Both the position numbers and the translations under genes were made by a program. 48,355 nucleotides of DNA from Candidatus Thorarchaeota archaeon (GTDB lineage: Archaea; Asgardarchaeota; Thorarchaeia; Thorarchaeales; Thorarchaeaceae): contig JBHIAE010000023.1 in the NCBI GenBank assembly GCA_046758445.1, forward strand, positions 1 to 48,355, given 5' to 3'. Below, in pieces: positions 46,096 to 48,355 of this stretch (the first letter of the stretch is position 1; each line of letters starts with the position of its first letter). Below the pieces are notes generated by a model, which searched no databases, was not told the DNA's origin, and worked only from the letters and a program-made list of their open reading frames with translations.

Positions 46096-46961
46096 TTGAA
46101 GATCCGTCCAGCTACCAAAGAAGACAGAGATGACGTCTTGGAGATTGCAAAGCACATCTGGGAAGGTCACGACTATCTACCTCACGTTTTCAACGAGTGG
46201 CTATCTGATTCGGATAGTCACACTGCCTGCCTAGAAATCGATGGCCGCGTTGCAGCTTTGAACAATCTCAGAGTCATAGAGAATGGTGCAACTGGCTGGC
46301 TTGAAGGTTTGAGGGTTCATCCGGACTTCAGAAGGAAAGGTCTGGCACATCTCTTGACTGACCACATCGTAGAAACTGCGTCCAAGCTCGGAGTTGAGAG
46401 ACTTCGATACACTACAGATACTACTAACCTAGCTTCTCTCAAGCTCGCAGAGAAGGCCGGCCTCAAGCCGCTTCTGGAGATGGGAGTTGCATGGAGTCTT
46501 CTCGAAGACCTGAAAGATTGGATCACGGATACTTCCAGTCTGAAAGAAGTGGAACCTGATGAGGTTCATGTACTTCTTCAAAGAGATTCTTCCCTTCTTG
46601 CTAGCAATGTAATCATCTACGATTGGAAGGCTTTGGATGTCACGCGTGAGGCTCTCAGGGAAATCGCCTCCAGCAGTAGATTTGGGCCAGCACTGAAACA
46701 GGACGGCTCAGAGCACTGTCCATAGGAACCGGGCGAAAAGAAGGAGAGCAAGGACGTCTTTGGCTAACCACGGTTTACACCAACAAAAAGGACTTGTTAC
46801 TGCGTCATCTTTCAGAACATGTTAGAATTGCGCGAGATGCCTCTTTCCATTCAATGATGTTTACCTACCCGGTTCAGTTTGAGGGATTGATGGCTCTGCC
46901 TTCTCTAAGCATCACAGAGGACGAGATATTCAGACTGACACTTCTGGAGAAGAAACTCTAG
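46096..46961 (+). CDS. GNAT acetyltransferase, interrupted by a one-base deletion near 46681
   Basis: IRPA, GHDYLP, WLEGLRVHPDFRRKG. An alternative frame continues WASTETG...LLEKKL* to TAG at 46959-46961. Confidence 0.85.
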
Positions 46962-48220
46962 GACGAGTCAGAAGCCGTCGTCATCCCATTTCGGAGAGAG
47001 TCGTTACACCACACATCTTGCTCACGAGCCCATTCGGCCTTATGCGGGTCTGAGTCCTGTACCCCTTGCTTTGACCTGTTCCTAAGGCCACTGATCTTGG
47101 ACCTTAGTAGATACGAGAATGGTATCTTGACGTGAGGAGCTGATTTCTCGCCGTCTTCATCGAACCACATTCTGTCATCACTCACGTCCCAGATACGCTC
47201 ATCTCTTGCAGCTGGACTCTCGCGAAACATAATGAGGAGCCCGAGGACCTGCAGTATGGGTATGGGAAAGACTGTCTGTTCCATGAAGAAGACGGCGCTA
47301 GGTGACAGTAGGTATGGCAACATGTAGACAACGAGCGGGACAAATGCGCCAAGTACACCGTATAGAAACACACGCGTCTTGGAGATCCTCGATTGGAGGT
47401 AGCGGAGGACGCTGTGACCAAAGAGTAGGTTGAAGATGCAAAGGAGAGGCCACAGGAGGAAGAATGCACCAAACATCGGTGACAATGAAATGGGTATTGG
47501 TGCAAGCGAGAAACTGCTGTTGACACTCATCCCATCACTCCACATACTGAAGAACCCCATCCAAGATGGACTCACGAGGTAGAAAGACGCCCCTCCAAAA
47601 CCTGGTCCGAAGGTATGACCAAATAGGGGGAAAAAGAGCGCAACGACGCCAATGCTGAGTCCCAAAACGAGACCCCTGCTGGGACTGTTCAGTAGAGAGG
47701 AGGACTGTACTAATCTTTCAGATTCTGAGTCCTTACGATGACGTGCCGCCTGAAGGAGAGCACCTTCTCTGGTAAAGACCGGGAGCAGAATCAACACGAC
47801 AAGGACCCATATTGTCGAATATTCAACAGATGATGGGGCGTAGAAGCCTACCCAAGGGTCTGTCGGAAATCCCCCAACAACAATGGATGCCATATAGGCC
47901 ACCATAGGGGTAAAGATCATCGCAGCAAGCAGATGCTTCCTTATCGACGTTTCACCGTGCTGCCCGTCGAGCCAATAACTGAAGTAGATTCCTGGGGCGC
48001 ACACTGCTAGTATGGCTGCTAGCATCAAGATATTTGGCCACTGAAACTCTGGATAGGGCATAGGAAGCATGGGACCTGGAACGTTCCCAATTGTGAAGAG
48101 AGGAGATCTATAGTACCACGTCGGTCCGAAGTCTCCAGTCCCGAACATGACTGCCATTGGTAGCGACATGACGACAACTACCTTAGCAGCCATCTTTAGC
48201 CAGAAGCTCTTTGCAAGCAT
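46958..48220 (-). CDS. Hypothetical multi-pass membrane protein
   Basis: 420-aa ORF with about 8 hydrophobic segments and a charged C-terminal tail. Confidence 0.75.
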   Translation of the reverse strand: MLAKSFWLKMAAKVVVVMSLPMAVMFGTGDFGPTWYYRSPLFTIGNVPGPMLPMPYPEFQWPNILMLAAILAVCAPGIYFSYWLDGQHGETSIRKHLLAAMIFTPMVAYMASIVVGGFPTDPWVGFYAPSSVEYSTIWVLVVLILLPVFTREGALLQAARHRKDSESERLVQSSSLLNSPSRGLVLGLSIGVVALFFPLFGHTFGPGFGGASFYLVSPSWMGFFSMWSDGMSVNSSFSLAPIPISLSPMFGAFFLLWPLLCIFNLLFGHSVLRYLQSRISKTRVFLYGVLGAFVPLVVYMLPYLLSPSAVFFMEQTVFPIPILQVLGLLIMFRESPAARDERIWDVSDDRMWFDEDGEKSAPHVKIPFSYLLRSKISGLRNRSKQGVQDSDPHKAEWAREQDVWCNDSLRNGMTTASDSS

Positions 48221-48355
48221 GTGTCCCTCACTTATCCTGAATCAAGAAGCATCTTCATCTGACTTATAGGACCACCCACTGTTGAAGGTTTGCACCCGAC
48301 TAATCCCACAGTCAATGTTTTGAAGCGTAGATTTTGCCCTAAGAAACTTCAGCTG

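Noticed and set aside
1917-47526. Numerous antisense and alternate-frame ORFs in the track (e.g. 2583-3005, 5936-6367, 30665-31279, 40181-40651)
   Set aside because: They shadow well-supported genes and show no motifs
1-48355. CRISPR array, IS/transposase, integrase, rRNA
   Set aside because: No regularly spaced repeats or recognisable motifs seen by eye; a weak element could be missed

Overview
A gene-dense window of about 45 genes with no CRISPR array, rRNA, transposase or integrase that I could recognise. It is almost certainly archaeal and most likely Asgard (Thorarchaeota-like, by inference). The supporting signs are a single-domain gelsolin, a 22-aa LRR protein, cofE, an archaeal-type HDLN histidine kinase, STAND-TPR and HEAT proteins, and C-terminal PIP boxes. 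Housekeeping content includes amidohydrolases, adenine deaminase, MoxR/VWA, D-cysteine desulfhydrase, CcdA/TlpA, ArsR with a P1B ATPase and its 12-2-12 operator, an ABC exporter, SfsA, DinB, serine/threonine dehydratase, YhhN and EutA. The most notable signals are: (i) two uncharacterised proteins ending in a PIP box plus a basic tail, one of them a wHTH protein next to gelsolin that closely matches the eukaryotic CRL4-Cdt2 PIP-degron pattern, the other coupled to a HEAT protein with an RPA32C/MCM-like winged helix; (ii) a PAS-PAS kinase with a C-terminal CxxC thioredoxin-like domain; (iii) an unannotated 37-aa C2H2 microprotein; (iv) a tRNA-His-like 3' fragment; (v) a coupled pair of B-box membrane proteins; (vi) a VWA protein carrying a copy of its MoxR partner's AAA+ lid; (vii) single-base frameshifts in dinB and in a GNAT gene. 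All family calls come from motif recognition by eye; no database search was run.
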